DNA of 64,000 nucleotides from positions 2,603 through 66,602 of IMG/VR virus record IMGVR_UViG_3300047476_001180; one strand, 5' to 3'. The notes beneath the pieces were generated by a model. The model was not told where the DNA came from, did no database searches, and saw only the letters and a list, made by a program, of their open reading frames with translations. Of the stretch, positions 18,783 through 29,299 are shown piece by piece. Each line of letters opens with the position of its first letter. The stretch's first letter is position 1. Source of the DNA: a virus. The position numbers and the translations under genes were made by a program.

Positions 18783-21200
18783 GTGTCCTCTAATTGCCAA
18801 AAACTAACAGTTCGAACTGTAAACCATACCCACACAACATCTGACATTACCGATTTTGTAAGTGGTGTAAGTTCTATTGCACTTGATGTGTTAGACGATT
18901 ATAATACAGGTGTCGCAATAAGTGGAGAACCTTTGTTCGTATCATGGTCCAATTCATATAGTGCCAACTTGGTTAGTTCTTATAATACAGTCAACAGCAA
19001 TAGTGCAAATTGGAACTATCAGGGAACAGATATTAAAACATTGACCTCTGATTGGGAACAAGTAGAAACCGTTGTTAAAGCAAATTCGGGAATATGGTCT
19101 ACCGGAGGATCTGAAACAGATCCTATTTTTACTACATGGTTAGGAAACAGTGGTTCAAATTTAAATTCTTTATTTAATGTAGTCAAAAGTAATTCTTCTG
19201 TTCAGTGGAACTACCAAGGTACAGACCTAAAAACACTTTCCAGTAACTGGCAGTCAACCTATAATATAGTTCAGACTAATAGTTCCAATTGGGAGAACGA
19301 TCTGGATAATGCTGAAGTTAATACCTTTGTTAATTCAAACTCTTCTGACATAGTATTGATTAATACTACTGTTAAAAATAATTCTGCATTATGGATTTTA
19401 AGTGGTTCTTCAATTTCTGAAACTGATCCCATTTTTACTACATGGGCACAGAGCTATAGCTCTGTGATTATTAACACTAGTAATCTGACAATATCTAACA
19501 GTTCTAATTGGAATGCGGTATACACCACAGTTCAGACTAATAGTTCCAATTGGGAGAACGATCTGGATAATGCTGAAGTTAATACTTTTGTTAATTCAAA
19601 CTCTTCAGATATTACCTTAATAAACAACACAGTCAAGAATAACTCTGCACTATGGATTTTAAGTGGAAATACTATATCCTCAACGGAAACAGATCCTGTT
19701 TTCACTACATGGGCACAAACATATTCTAGTAACTATGAAGTGTCGTATAATAATTTAATATCAAACAGTGCAGCATATCTTTTCGTTCCAGATTTGAGTC
19801 TTTCTAGTAACTGGCAGTCAACCTATACCACAGTCCAAACTAATAGTTCTAATTGGGAAAATGATTCGGATAATACTGAAGTCAACACATTCGTCAACTC
19901 TAATTCTTCAGATATTGTATTGATAAACAATACGGTAAAGAATAATTCCGCACTATGGATTTTAAGCGGTTCTTCGACTTCTGAAATAGATCCTGTTTTT
20001 ACTGCATGGTTAAATTCTAGTGCATCAAATATACAAACACTATACAGTACTGTTAATTCCAACTCATCAATAACTTGGAACTATCAAGGTACAGACTTAA
20101 AAACACTTTCTAGCGACTGGCAATCGTCTTTCATCACAGTTCAAACTAATAGTTCCAATTGGGGAAATGGCGGGACTGATAATACTGAAGTTAATACTTT
20201 TGTCAATTCGAACTCTTCTGACATAGTATTGATTAATACTACTGTTAAAAATAATTCTGCACTATGGATTTTAAGTGGTGGAGTGGGTACCGAGTCAGAT
20301 CCTATTTTTACCACATGGCTAGAATCTAGTGCATTGAATATACAAACTTTATATAGTGCTGTTACTCTGAATTCTGCAACAAATTGGAACTATCAGGGCA
20401 CCGATTTAAAAACATTATCTAGTGAATGGGATAGTACCAAAACCACTGTTATGAATAATAGCACATTTTGGGGAATTGGTGATAATACTGAAGTTGACAC
20501 TTTCGTAAACACAAATTCTGCCGGATTGATATCCACAGATAATGTTGTGAAGAGTAATTCTTCTTTATGGATTCTATCAGGAATATCAATAGAATCTGAT
20601 CCTATTTTTACTACATGGGCACAAAGTTACAGTGGTGTATACACCACTGTAAATGCAAATAGTAGTTTATGGTCTGTGAGAGGTACTGATGAGGTGTGGA
20701 TAGATGCGGGCGCAATGGCACCCCAAATAGGTTCCCCCGCACAAGCATCTACGATATGTCTATCGTCTAATTATATAACCTTTGATTGTTATGATTTTGA
20801 TGCAGGTTCTGTTGAATATGTTCATTTTAAAATATCTCCTCCTCTTAATTGGAATCTAGGGAATTTTAAAACTCGATTCTATTGGACAAGTACTACAGGA
20901 ACTGTAACTACTTCCGCAGTATTTGCTATTCAGAGTATGGTAAAAAACGATCTCGAATCGATTGATCAATCTTGGGGAACAGCGGTTAGTGTGGTTGATC
21001 AACTAAACACTCTCAGTGCATTACATATTTCAGACATATCGAATACTATAACTTTCAGTGGAACACCTACCCAAAATAGTCTTGTCTATTTTAGAATATA
21101 TCGTGATGTTAATAATGTTAATGATAATCTTGCAACTGATGCAAGATTATTGGGAATAAAATTACAGTTCGGAACATTAAGTACTGTTACTGTATGGTAA
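18783..21200 (+). CDS. Repeat-rich fibre-like virion protein
   Basis: Recurring blocks E(T/S)DPIFTTW, WNYQGTDLKTLSS, TEVNTFVNSNSSDI, VKNNSALWILSG; globular C-terminal domain; GTG start after TATAAATA. Confidence 0.75.
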   Translation: MSSNCQKLTVRTVNHTHTTSDITDFVSGVSSIALDVLDDYNTGVAISGEPLFVSWSNSYSANLVSSYNTVNSNSANWNYQGTDIKTLTSDWEQVETVVKANSGIWSTGGSETDPIFTTWLGNSGSNLNSLFNVVKSNSSVQWNYQGTDLKTLSSNWQSTYNIVQTNSSNWENDLDNAEVNTFVNSNSSDIVLINTTVKNNSALWILSGSSISETDPIFTTWAQSYSSVIINTSNLTISNSSNWNAVYTTVQTNSSNWENDLDNAEVNTFVNSNSSDITLINNTVKNNSALWILSGNTISSTETDPVFTTWAQTYSSNYEVSYNNLISNSAAYLFVPDLSLSSNWQSTYTTVQTNSSNWENDSDNTEVNTFVNSNSSDIVLINNTVKNNSALWILSGSSTSEIDPVFTAWLNSSASNIQTLYSTVNSNSSITWNYQGTDLKTLSSDWQSSFITVQTNSSNWGNGGTDNTEVNTFVNSNSSDIVLINTTVKNNSALWILSGGVGTESDPIFTTWLESSALNIQTLYSAVTLNSATNWNYQGTDLKTLSSEWDSTKTTVMNNSTFWGIGDNTEVDTFVNTNSAGLISTDNVVKSNSSLWILSGISIESDPIFTTWAQSYSGVYTTVNANSSLWSVRGTDEVWIDAGAMAPQIGSPAQASTICLSSNYITFDCYDFDAGSVEYVHFKISPPLNWNLGNFKTRFYWTSTTGTVTTSAVFAIQSMVKNDLESIDQSWGTAVSVVDQLNTLSALHISDISNTITFSGTPTQNSLVYFRIYRDVNNVNDNLATDARLLGIKLQFGTLSTVTVW

Positions 21201-21229
21201 TATGCTTCACTTAATATATAAATATTCTT

Positions 21230-21871
21230 ATGGATTTTACAAACACTAAGGATATTTTAGAATTTATCGTCGCCGCAATAACTGTGGCTGGTTTTAGTAT
21301 ACCTATATATACCTATATGATAAAACCGTGCTGGCTAAGATTCGTATACAACCCTATCATGGGCCACATTTCTAAGATAGATAAAATGGCGGAGACGGTT
21401 AATATTATTAATACCGAAATATTACCAGTTATTCAATCTTTAAATAAAGAGTTCTCAAAAAACAGTGGTAAGTCTATTATGGATAGAATACTACGAATAG
21501 ACGATAATACTCGTTTGGCGGAATTGCGATCCAAGCTTATTGCATCAAATTTAGTAACCACAGGAATGGTTGAGTTTGATAAAACCGGGCAATTGGTATG
21601 GGCTAATAAAGCCTTTTTAAACATGACTGGCCTTGATTCTGAAAGTGTTAAGTCAAATTCATGGGTTATTAGCATAGAGGAGGATTTTCGGGATAAAGTG
21701 TGGGCATTGTGGCAAAATAGTATAAAGTATAATATACCCTTTGAATCCGAGTTCATAATAAAACACCAACAAACAGGCATAACTGAAGATGTTAAATGTA
21801 CTATATATCCCCACAAATCAGTGGATGGAACTATTCTAGGTTATCATGGGACTATTACCCAAACACATTAA
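21230..21871 (+). CDS. Membrane-anchored PAS-domain protein
   Basis: N-terminal TM helix, NSGKSIMDRI linker, PAS signature FDKTGQLVWANKAFLNMTG...W...FESEF. Confidence 0.8.
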   Translation: MDFTNTKDILEFIVAAITVAGFSIPIYTYMIKPCWLRFVYNPIMGHISKIDKMAETVNIINTEILPVIQSLNKEFSKNSGKSIMDRILRIDDNTRLAELRSKLIASNLVTTGMVEFDKTGQLVWANKAFLNMTGLDSESVKSNSWVISIEEDFRDKVWALWQNSIKYNIPFESEFIIKHQQTGITEDVKCTIYPHKSVDGTILGYHGTITQTH

Positions 21872-22167
21872 CCTTTACGTCTTCTTAAACGACGTTTGCG
21901 ATTAGCAGCAGCCCGTCTTGCTAGACGACAATCTTCATATTTCGAAGTGCCATATCTAGGATCATTCTTACATTTATCCAACGTAAGAGGTTCTCCACGA
22001 CGAAGATAATAAATTCTTTTATATCCAGCGGTGTAGGGATTTGGCGCACATCTACTAAACACATAACGAGGATTATCAGATAATTGTGGAAGTGTAGGCC
22101 CAGTACAACGAGGTTTTTTACCCTCATGTAATAGGTTGTAAACAAATTCGTCAAATTTCTCGGTCAT
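21868..22167 (-). CDS. Basic Cys-containing small late protein with CTS-like N-terminus
   Basis: MTEKFDEFVYNLLHE/G then four Cys and an Arg-rich tail; ATAAGTA box. Confidence 0.7.
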   Translation of the reverse strand: MTEKFDEFVYNLLHEGKKPRCTGPTLPQLSDNPRYVFSRCAPNPYTAGYKRIYYLRRGEPLTLDKCKNDPRYGTSKYEDCRLARRAAANRKRRLRRRKG

Positions 22168-22202
22168 ATGTTATACTTATTAAATTATTCAACTGTATAT
22201 AG

Positions 22203-24299
22203 TTATCCGATATAGAATCCCATAGGACTTGAATATCTATACTCATCACGAAGTTCTGCTAATAATTTTTCTGCCTTTGCCTCACCCTTTTCAACTAATT
22301 GAGCGCCTTCTAGTGTTGCACCACCATAAAGCGTAACACCACCAAAAGTTGAACGAATTCTTCCAAGAGTGATCATTGCAAGTGCAAGTACGTATTCTTT
22401 AATGAAATAAGTATTTAGCAAAGTTTCCACAGAAGGTTCGATATAAACCCCTAATACATAACATTGATTACCCCCTCTATTCACCTGATTATTGCAGCAA
22501 GAAGTTTCAAATCCAAATGTCGTACCAGCAGGTTCAGGAGTTATTTTTAAATACTGTGTTCTTGGATTAAATTGATAAGAAACATATCTTAGCATTTTCT
22601 TGGAGTGGTCAACAAAATCTCTTGCCATATGATATGTTAGTAAATCATAGCCTTGTTTGCCTAGGTTGTTTCTGCTACCCATTAAGTCATAACCAAATGT
22701 ACTTGCAAGAAGTGCATAATCAAAATTGAATAATAGATCACCACCGCCCCCGAAATATCCACCTTGTCCCGCATTATCTGCCGCAAACACCCCGAGAACT
22801 TTTCTTCTACGGTTAAGAACATCATCATATCCACCATCGATAACAGTGCTAACTACACCTACCTCGGTTACTGTAGAACAATTTTTAAACGATACATCGA
22901 CTTTAACCTTTTTAGGAGTCGGACGAACACATGCCGTATGGGCAGAATTGTAATAAGAAAACGTAAACCCGTTATTTGTCCATGCACAGTTTTGATCATA
23001 TAATATTTCTAGAGGTGGCTTAGAATCTTCGAAGAATTGAACTTTCTCAAGCGTCATAGGACCATTCGTAGAGAACGCTGTATTACATAGCGTAAAGGTG
23101 CCAAGAATGCCGTTGTTTGAGTCGAGAGGTATCGAACCATCAGTGGTGCATGAAGGCACGCCAAAAAGCCGTATATGCGTTGCATCTGATATATCTCTTG
23201 CTGATAGATCCCATACAATCCCGGTGCTTGCACTTATATATGGTGAAAATAATTCAAAATGATACGAAGAAGTAGTATCTGTAAATGTTGAAAGTAGTTC
23301 ACATTTACAGTTGCATTCTTCACAATAACTTGTATAGTATGCTGAGACAGCAGAAAAATTAGCAGCCGATAAAACAATATCAATACTAGAAATAATATCA
23401 GATGTTAAAATATATGTAACAGTAGGAGAAATTCCATATTGTGCTGTTAATGCATTACATGAACTTATCAAGGATGTATTACAATTAGGATATATATATC
23501 CTAAACCCTTTCCAATATTTACACATGCTTGAACAGGTGGTCCGAATAAAATATTATCTGAATAAAATGCAGACAAATCAAAGTAACTTATGGGTATGGC
23601 TGATAGAGCATTTCCTAATCCACTTAACGGAACGGCACTGAAATCGTATCCTATAATTTCGGCTGATATTGTAGAAAGAACATTTTCTAATATTGTAGAA
23701 TTCTCAAAATTAAAAACATGTGCAGATAAATTCGGATTACTAGATAATTGAAAGTATTGTGAACTTATCGGATTTATTGTAATACAATTGGCTGCACATA
23801 CATTTGTTGCATTCCACGGGTTTTCAGGATCGAAGTAGAGATAAGAATTCTGCCCACTAGTCCCCGAATATGCGACTGAAAGTGGGTCCAAAAAATTATA
23901 ATCAGTCGGATATTCAAAAGGCGTAACTGATAAATATGCAGTAGTAGTCTGTATATCTTCACAACTTAAATATGTTGCTGTCACTGTTTCTGTGGCAATG
24001 GTTTGGAAACATTGATTTGTATTACATGCAACTGGTAGAAGCTCATCCAGTTTAACTCCACATCCACGTTTATATAGATTGGAACAAAATACTAGATATT
24101 CTTCTTCTCGATTACCTTCAAATTCTGTAAAATCTTCAACAGCTTTATCTATGATATGCGCCCATTGAACATCAGTGAGTTCAATTGGAGTAGAAGGCCA
24201 GCCTAATAGAGACTTAGTTCTATAAACTAAGTCTGCATATGAGCTTATTCTACCATTTAATGCTGTGGAGCCGAATCCCTCGGGTATAATACTTGACAT
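22203..24299 (-). CDS. Neck protein (gp13-like) with large Cys-rich insertion
   Basis: LGWPSTPIELTDVQ...AVEDF N-terminus; FIKEYVLALAMITLGRIRSTFGGVTLYGGATL...GFYIG C-terminus. Confidence 0.9.
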   Translation of the reverse strand: MSSIIPEGFGSTALNGRISSYADLVYRTKSLLGWPSTPIELTDVQWAHIIDKAVEDFTEFEGNREEEYLVFCSNLYKRGCGVKLDELLPVACNTNQCFQTIATETVTATYLSCEDIQTTTAYLSVTPFEYPTDYNFLDPLSVAYSGTSGQNSYLYFDPENPWNATNVCAANCITINPISSQYFQLSSNPNLSAHVFNFENSTILENVLSTISAEIIGYDFSAVPLSGLGNALSAIPISYFDLSAFYSDNILFGPPVQACVNIGKGLGYIYPNCNTSLISSCNALTAQYGISPTVTYILTSDIISSIDIVLSAANFSAVSAYYTSYCEECNCKCELLSTFTDTTSSYHFELFSPYISASTGIVWDLSARDISDATHIRLFGVPSCTTDGSIPLDSNNGILGTFTLCNTAFSTNGPMTLEKVQFFEDSKPPLEILYDQNCAWTNNGFTFSYYNSAHTACVRPTPKKVKVDVSFKNCSTVTEVGVVSTVIDGGYDDVLNRRRKVLGVFAADNAGQGGYFGGGGDLLFNFDYALLASTFGYDLMGSRNNLGKQGYDLLTYHMARDFVDHSKKMLRYVSYQFNPRTQYLKITPEPAGTTFGFETSCCNNQVNRGGNQCYVLGVYIEPSVETLLNTYFIKEYVLALAMITLGRIRSTFGGVTLYGGATLEGAQLVEKGEAKAEKLLAELRDEYRYSSPMGFYIG

Positions 24300-24319
24300 A
24301 CTTCTATTTATTTATAATA

Positions 24320-26551
24320 CTACCCTTCCGGTGAAGGGGGTTTAGGAGGAGTATTTTCATCAGACTCTGCGGAATCTTCACTATCATTTTCCGAAGCATC
24401 TTCTTCACCTTCTAAGGGTTTTCCGAAACTTGGAAGATTTGTATCAGATTTTCCAGGACTAGGAAGGCTTGGACCACTACCACCGCCTGATGGCGGACCC
24501 ATTGCACCAATTCCTTCAGGCATTCCACCGCCCTCACCTGTTGCTGCTTGCATCTCTTCAAGAGCTTTTTCGCGGAAATCTGGACCATTTTGTTCAATTT
24601 GTGCAAGTTCCCAACGAAATGCAGCGTCTTTTAACAGGAATTCTCTATTAGCAAGAATTTCCTTATCATTCCATCCTAAATACAGTTTTTGAGCAAATGT
24701 TTTGGATATAAAATCATTCTGAGACATATTGTTAAAATTATCAAATTTTAATTGGAATAATTGTTGTTGTCTAAGTGCAAAAAATTGGCTAGGTTCTACA
24801 AATTTAATATCTAGATCCTCTTCACGAAGATCATATTGTTCCCACCAAGATTGCATATCAATTTTAGTATCTGATAATTCTTCTTGCTCTTCGCGAATAG
24901 TATCTAGGCGTTCTTTTATAAAATCTAATTTTTCGTTCAGCAACTTTACATTATAATCTTCTGATTCTGTTATAAGTCCTCCTTGCATTCTTTTTATAGT
25001 TTCATTATAAGAATCATACTCAGATAATAATACACTATATTGTGAATCATATTCTTTTTCCAATACACTTACCCTATCGTTTACAGTTTCCACTAAGAGA
25101 TCATAATAATCCCAGCACTTATTATTAAAATAATCATCTTTGAATACTTGTGAAACTTGGAACGAGTTCACTTTTCCATCTTTATCGGTTTTTATTACTT
25201 TATCAACGTTTAATTTTTTAGCAGATTCTAAGAGTTTTTTACCTCTTAGTTTAAGATGAACTACGAAACTTTTTTTAATAGCTGCTGCCCATAATTTTTG
25301 TAAATCTATAATATATTCAGCAAATCCTAATTCTTCTCGCGTAATACTTTCCCCGTCTGAAAAAGCAGTGTCTGAATTTAAACGAGATAGTGGTACTTTT
25401 AATGCTAGATAAAGCTTTTGAACAAAGAAATTTAATATTTCTAAATTATCAGGACTAGCACTTCCACCTCCCACGGATTCGACGGTAGACCCCTTACCAT
25501 CCCCATGTTTAGGAAACCAATAATTTTCTAACATACCTTGTGGATCATATGTGTTTTCCACCCGACCATCTTGTGTTACTGTTTTCTTTGACCAAAACTG
25601 AGACATAAGACGTTTCATGTATTGATCAGCCTTCGAAGGCTGCATATTTCCCACATCCACATTAAACACTAACCTCTCAGGGGCACGTACTAACATGTAT
25701 ATTATAGTAGCATCTTCTATGAGGGAGAGTTGGCGATAAGGTCTATTAGCATAAGAAAGAACTGGTAGTCTGTATTTTTTTCCATCTGCCCATTGATCAT
25801 TAGCTATATGCGTTATTTGCTTTTCGTTTAAAAATAGAATTTGGTGTTTGTGGTTGGAACCGTAGGACGCTTGAGCAGTAAATTTTCCCCACTGAAAAGG
25901 ATACATATCAGGTGATTTATTTCTCAAAAGGAAACAATCAATTAACTCATTATCAAGATCATAATAGAGGGGGTCACAGCGTTCAGCAGCAATTCTAGTT
26001 AACCCTATAATACCGAGTTCTGGCTTTTTTGTGGAAATTATATTTTCAAAAAATAATTCACCTTCTATAAGCCAGTCCCAAATCATTTTTCTACCCCTGT
26101 CTTCTAATTTCAAGACTTCTACGAAAGATAAAAATTCTTCTTCTATAAGAGATTGTACTTCTTCATTATGTTCTCCTCTAAGTTTTATTTTTAAGGTCTG
26201 ACCGCGTTCGTCTGTTTCAAAAAATTCATTACAAATCTCTCGCAATGCTCTCTCTACTTCTGAAAAGTTTGCCATGGAACGATAATCATCAATTCGTCTT
26301 TTTTTATCATCCGATGTAGAATTATACATCAACTGATGGTAATATAGATTAGATACCCTGGTTCCACCCATACCATTTTCCATCTCATTATCAAATCTAT
26401 TAACAACGGACAGTCTCTGTATTTTTTTATCTTTAGAAATGCTAGAGTTATCAAATATCTCGTATTTGGTATTGGTTTTTTGAAGTTCGTCATCTCCAAA
26501 CATACCTCTGATATATGGTAAAGATTTTAATAAACGATCAGTAGAATTCAT
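24320..26551 (-). CDS. Portal protein (gp20-like) with coiled-coil insertion
   Basis: YRSMA, LIEDATIIYMLVRAPERLVFNVDVGNM, MLENYWFP, LKVPLSRL, ITREELGF. Start at ATG 26551 after TATAAATA. Confidence 0.97.
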   Translation of the reverse strand: MNSTDRLLKSLPYIRGMFGDDELQKTNTKYEIFDNSSISKDKKIQRLSVVNRFDNEMENGMGGTRVSNLYYHQLMYNSTSDDKKRRIDDYRSMANFSEVERALREICNEFFETDERGQTLKIKLRGEHNEEVQSLIEEEFLSFVEVLKLEDRGRKMIWDWLIEGELFFENIISTKKPELGIIGLTRIAAERCDPLYYDLDNELIDCFLLRNKSPDMYPFQWGKFTAQASYGSNHKHQILFLNEKQITHIANDQWADGKKYRLPVLSYANRPYRQLSLIEDATIIYMLVRAPERLVFNVDVGNMQPSKADQYMKRLMSQFWSKKTVTQDGRVENTYDPQGMLENYWFPKHGDGKGSTVESVGGGSASPDNLEILNFFVQKLYLALKVPLSRLNSDTAFSDGESITREELGFAEYIIDLQKLWAAAIKKSFVVHLKLRGKKLLESAKKLNVDKVIKTDKDGKVNSFQVSQVFKDDYFNNKCWDYYDLLVETVNDRVSVLEKEYDSQYSVLLSEYDSYNETIKRMQGGLITESEDYNVKLLNEKLDFIKERLDTIREEQEELSDTKIDMQSWWEQYDLREEDLDIKFVEPSQFFALRQQQLFQLKFDNFNNMSQNDFISKTFAQKLYLGWNDKEILANREFLLKDAAFRWELAQIEQNGPDFREKALEEMQAATGEGGGMPEGIGAMGPPSGGGSGPSLPSPGKSDTNLPSFGKPLEGEEDASENDSEDSAESDENTPPKPPSPEG

Positions 26552-26588
26552 AACAATATTTATAAACAATATTAGATTTAATCAATTA

Positions 26589-29294
26589 CTATTGAAAAAT
26601 GATAGAATTTAATGAGGTATTAGCAGGTATCATATTCTTAATATTATTTTCTATATAAGTTTTTATATACTCCTGCATATTAGCATCAGATGAAAAATTC
26701 TTAACTACTATATTGAATTTATTAGATTTATAACCTTTATATCTGTTGATGTTGATTTTGTCTATATCTTCTATTATAGTCATCGGAGGAATATCAATAT
26801 TAATGAATATGCCGTCCCATGTTACATGAGACTGTCTGGATAATGCTTGAATATCAAAATCTGTTAAACATTTAGCATATACATTTAAATTAGATATTTG
26901 TCCGATTAAAAGATTCTTCTTGGCCATAGATTTTTCTAAACTTCTTGGACCTAGTTTCCCAGCATAGTCACCTATAATAAACGGGGATGATGGGGATTTA
27001 AATTCAATATGATACAATCCATCCAATTCCTGTTTGGTAGTTCGTATGCCATTTACATACATGCTTATTATTGTTTTTTTATTATCATGTTTCAGCGTGA
27101 ATGCCAGATGATTCCAAGTGTTGGTGCTTGGGAAATTCGAATGCACGACATGTGTATAAATATTATCACCGCATCTAAGTGCTAATTTTAAAGTCAGTGC
27201 TGGATTATTCTTTGATATAATCTCATTATCGATTTTATTGAATTTTCGTATGCTGTCGAAATTTGAAAAATTTCCATGTAAATCGAAAGTATATGAGGAA
27301 CAGATGCTATCCCCTATATTGTTTAGGGGAATGCGCTTAACAATATTTCCAGTTTCATCTATCACTATTATAGTAGTTTCTTCGTTAAAGATAATCCATA
27401 GATTAAAACCATTCATATTATTCGTAACGAAAGACATCTCTGTTGATGAATATTTTTTAAAATCTAAAGGCAATATAGTATCTATTATAACGTTGCCATA
27501 TATATCTATTTTTAATAAATTTTTACCGACTAAAAGCCATATGTTGTTGTCTATATCTACGGCCATGCTACTAGGTTTATCCACTAGATGTAATATCTTG
27601 CTATCATCAACATATATTGTTGCACCTATAACCTTAATTTCTCGATCATAGTTATCAAATAGTAAGAATTCTGCTGACGCAGATGTGATGATGTCATTTG
27701 AGTTAATATCGAAAGTCGTATCATATTGAGATATAGAAAAACTTGACAAAAGTATTCCAGTAGAATCGAAAGACGATATAATGTTCCCGCTACTATTCAG
27801 TATAGCGAATGAGTTATTTGAGTAATTACTCATTTTTGAAATGGATGAATCTTCTGGGAGAGATATTTGATAAGAGATGATATTATCGTTTTCTAATCTA
27901 TAGATTTTTTTGTTAAATGAATCGTAGAGCCATGCATTACCATTTAGATCTGTATTGATATATGTTATGTTAATAGCAGATACTGATAATGCATTTAATA
28001 TATCTTTTTCGAATATTTTAAAGCCTTTATAATTAACTGAAAAGCAATTACCTGATGCCGAAGGAATCGTCACATTATCCGCCGTATTCCCTAAGTTTAT
28101 ACCAATACCGTATCCATAACCATTATAAAAGTTACCAAATATTTGATAGTCTTGAAGATACGGAATATTTAACCAAGTAGAAAAAGTTAAGGAATTTTTT
28201 GATAGCATTGCATCACTAGGAATGATTACTCCAAAAGAGGTGCCATCCATATTAAATTGCGAGGAAGATCCGTCGAATGATGTCAAATATCCCGACGTTT
28301 CTTTTTGAGAAAAGACAGAATTCCAAGAAGTAAGATTTAAAATAGAACCTTCGATGTTAGATATATAGGTAGCATTTCTTGCTGGACCGTGGCGAATATA
28401 CTGAAATTTCTCTTTTGGAGATAACGTTTTATTTGAGGGTATGTCAACTATATAATTAAAATCTGCGCTTAGTGGATGTAGATAAGGTGTAATATTAGTG
28501 TCTGAAGTGTTAGGGTCGAACCACCTTTCCATCCAGATTTTATTGGAACTTACTTCATAAGATTGTGAAGATAGCCATAGTCCTAATAAGGTACCATTTT
28601 GAAGATTGTGAATGTTATCAGTCCCTTCGTCAGAATATTCTCCATACTCAGTCGAATCGAATATAATCATATCAGAATTCAAAGGACATGAACCACCAAT
28701 AGCGCCTTGTTGAATGAATGGTGATGCAGATATCGCCAATGAATCCACATTATAAGAGTTATATATTATATTGGTGGTATCTGGATCTATGGTTTTAGGT
28801 AGTGATGTTATTTTATACTGAATAAACGGTTTATTCTTTTTGTATATGCGTTGATAGGTTTTGAATGAATTATAACGACCAAATCCAAGATCATCGAATG
28901 TTTTAAGAGGGAGGATGTTTATATTATTATCTAATAATACAATATACTGATTAGTTATGTCTTCTTTTGTAGATGGAACCAAAGGAATACTGGAATCGTA
29001 ATTACATACGAATTGGTTATAGTTTCTGCCATATTCATAAGACGATAGATTGTATGTAGTCGAAATAAACGAAGACAGTGGCGCATATTCTGACAACATT
29101 AAGGTATAGTTGTTATCAGTTATAATGTTTTTCAGAGAGTTGGAGAATGATAATGTTTTATAATTTATTCCATCAACGGCTGATACTGTGTACATACCGT
29201 TCACACGCCTTTCGCTATTTACATAATTCGAGGTGACAGAATCGAATAATGTACTTAAAGGTAGTATAGAAATATCAGTGTTTACGGAGAACAT
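26589..29294 (-). CDS. Virion protein with LamG/concanavalin-like domain and beta-propeller-like repeats
   Basis: LTFSTWLN and WNHLAFT...MYVNG...FIIGD...GQISNLNVY LamG elements flank DLNGNAW / DIDNNIW repeats. Confidence 0.7.
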   Translation of the reverse strand: MFSVNTDISILPLSTLFDSVTSNYVNSERRVNGMYTVSAVDGINYKTLSFSNSLKNIITDNNYTLMLSEYAPLSSFISTTYNLSSYEYGRNYNQFVCNYDSSIPLVPSTKEDITNQYIVLLDNNINILPLKTFDDLGFGRYNSFKTYQRIYKKNKPFIQYKITSLPKTIDPDTTNIIYNSYNVDSLAISASPFIQQGAIGGSCPLNSDMIIFDSTEYGEYSDEGTDNIHNLQNGTLLGLWLSSQSYEVSSNKIWMERWFDPNTSDTNITPYLHPLSADFNYIVDIPSNKTLSPKEKFQYIRHGPARNATYISNIEGSILNLTSWNSVFSQKETSGYLTSFDGSSSQFNMDGTSFGVIIPSDAMLSKNSLTFSTWLNIPYLQDYQIFGNFYNGYGYGIGINLGNTADNVTIPSASGNCFSVNYKGFKIFEKDILNALSVSAINITYINTDLNGNAWLYDSFNKKIYRLENDNIISYQISLPEDSSISKMSNYSNNSFAILNSSGNIISSFDSTGILLSSFSISQYDTTFDINSNDIITSASAEFLLFDNYDREIKVIGATIYVDDSKILHLVDKPSSMAVDIDNNIWLLVGKNLLKIDIYGNVIIDTILPLDFKKYSSTEMSFVTNNMNGFNLWIIFNEETTIIVIDETGNIVKRIPLNNIGDSICSSYTFDLHGNFSNFDSIRKFNKIDNEIISKNNPALTLKLALRCGDNIYTHVVHSNFPSTNTWNHLAFTLKHDNKKTIISMYVNGIRTTKQELDGLYHIEFKSPSSPFIIGDYAGKLGPRSLEKSMAKKNLLIGQISNLNVYAKCLTDFDIQALSRQSHVTWDGIFINIDIPPMTIIEDIDKININRYKGYKSNKFNIVVKNFSSDANMQEYIKTYIENNIKNMIPANTSLNSIIFQ

Positions 29295-29299
29295 CTATA

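Noticed and set aside
18990-20680. DGR template/variable repeat pair
   Set aside because: Differences between copies are mostly synonymous and not adenine-specific; no reverse transcriptase in the window.
24848-25240. Intein in the portal (also considered for terminase, gp13 and sheath insertions)
   Set aside because: No C/S start with HN-C/S/T end and no LAGLIDADG blocks visible.
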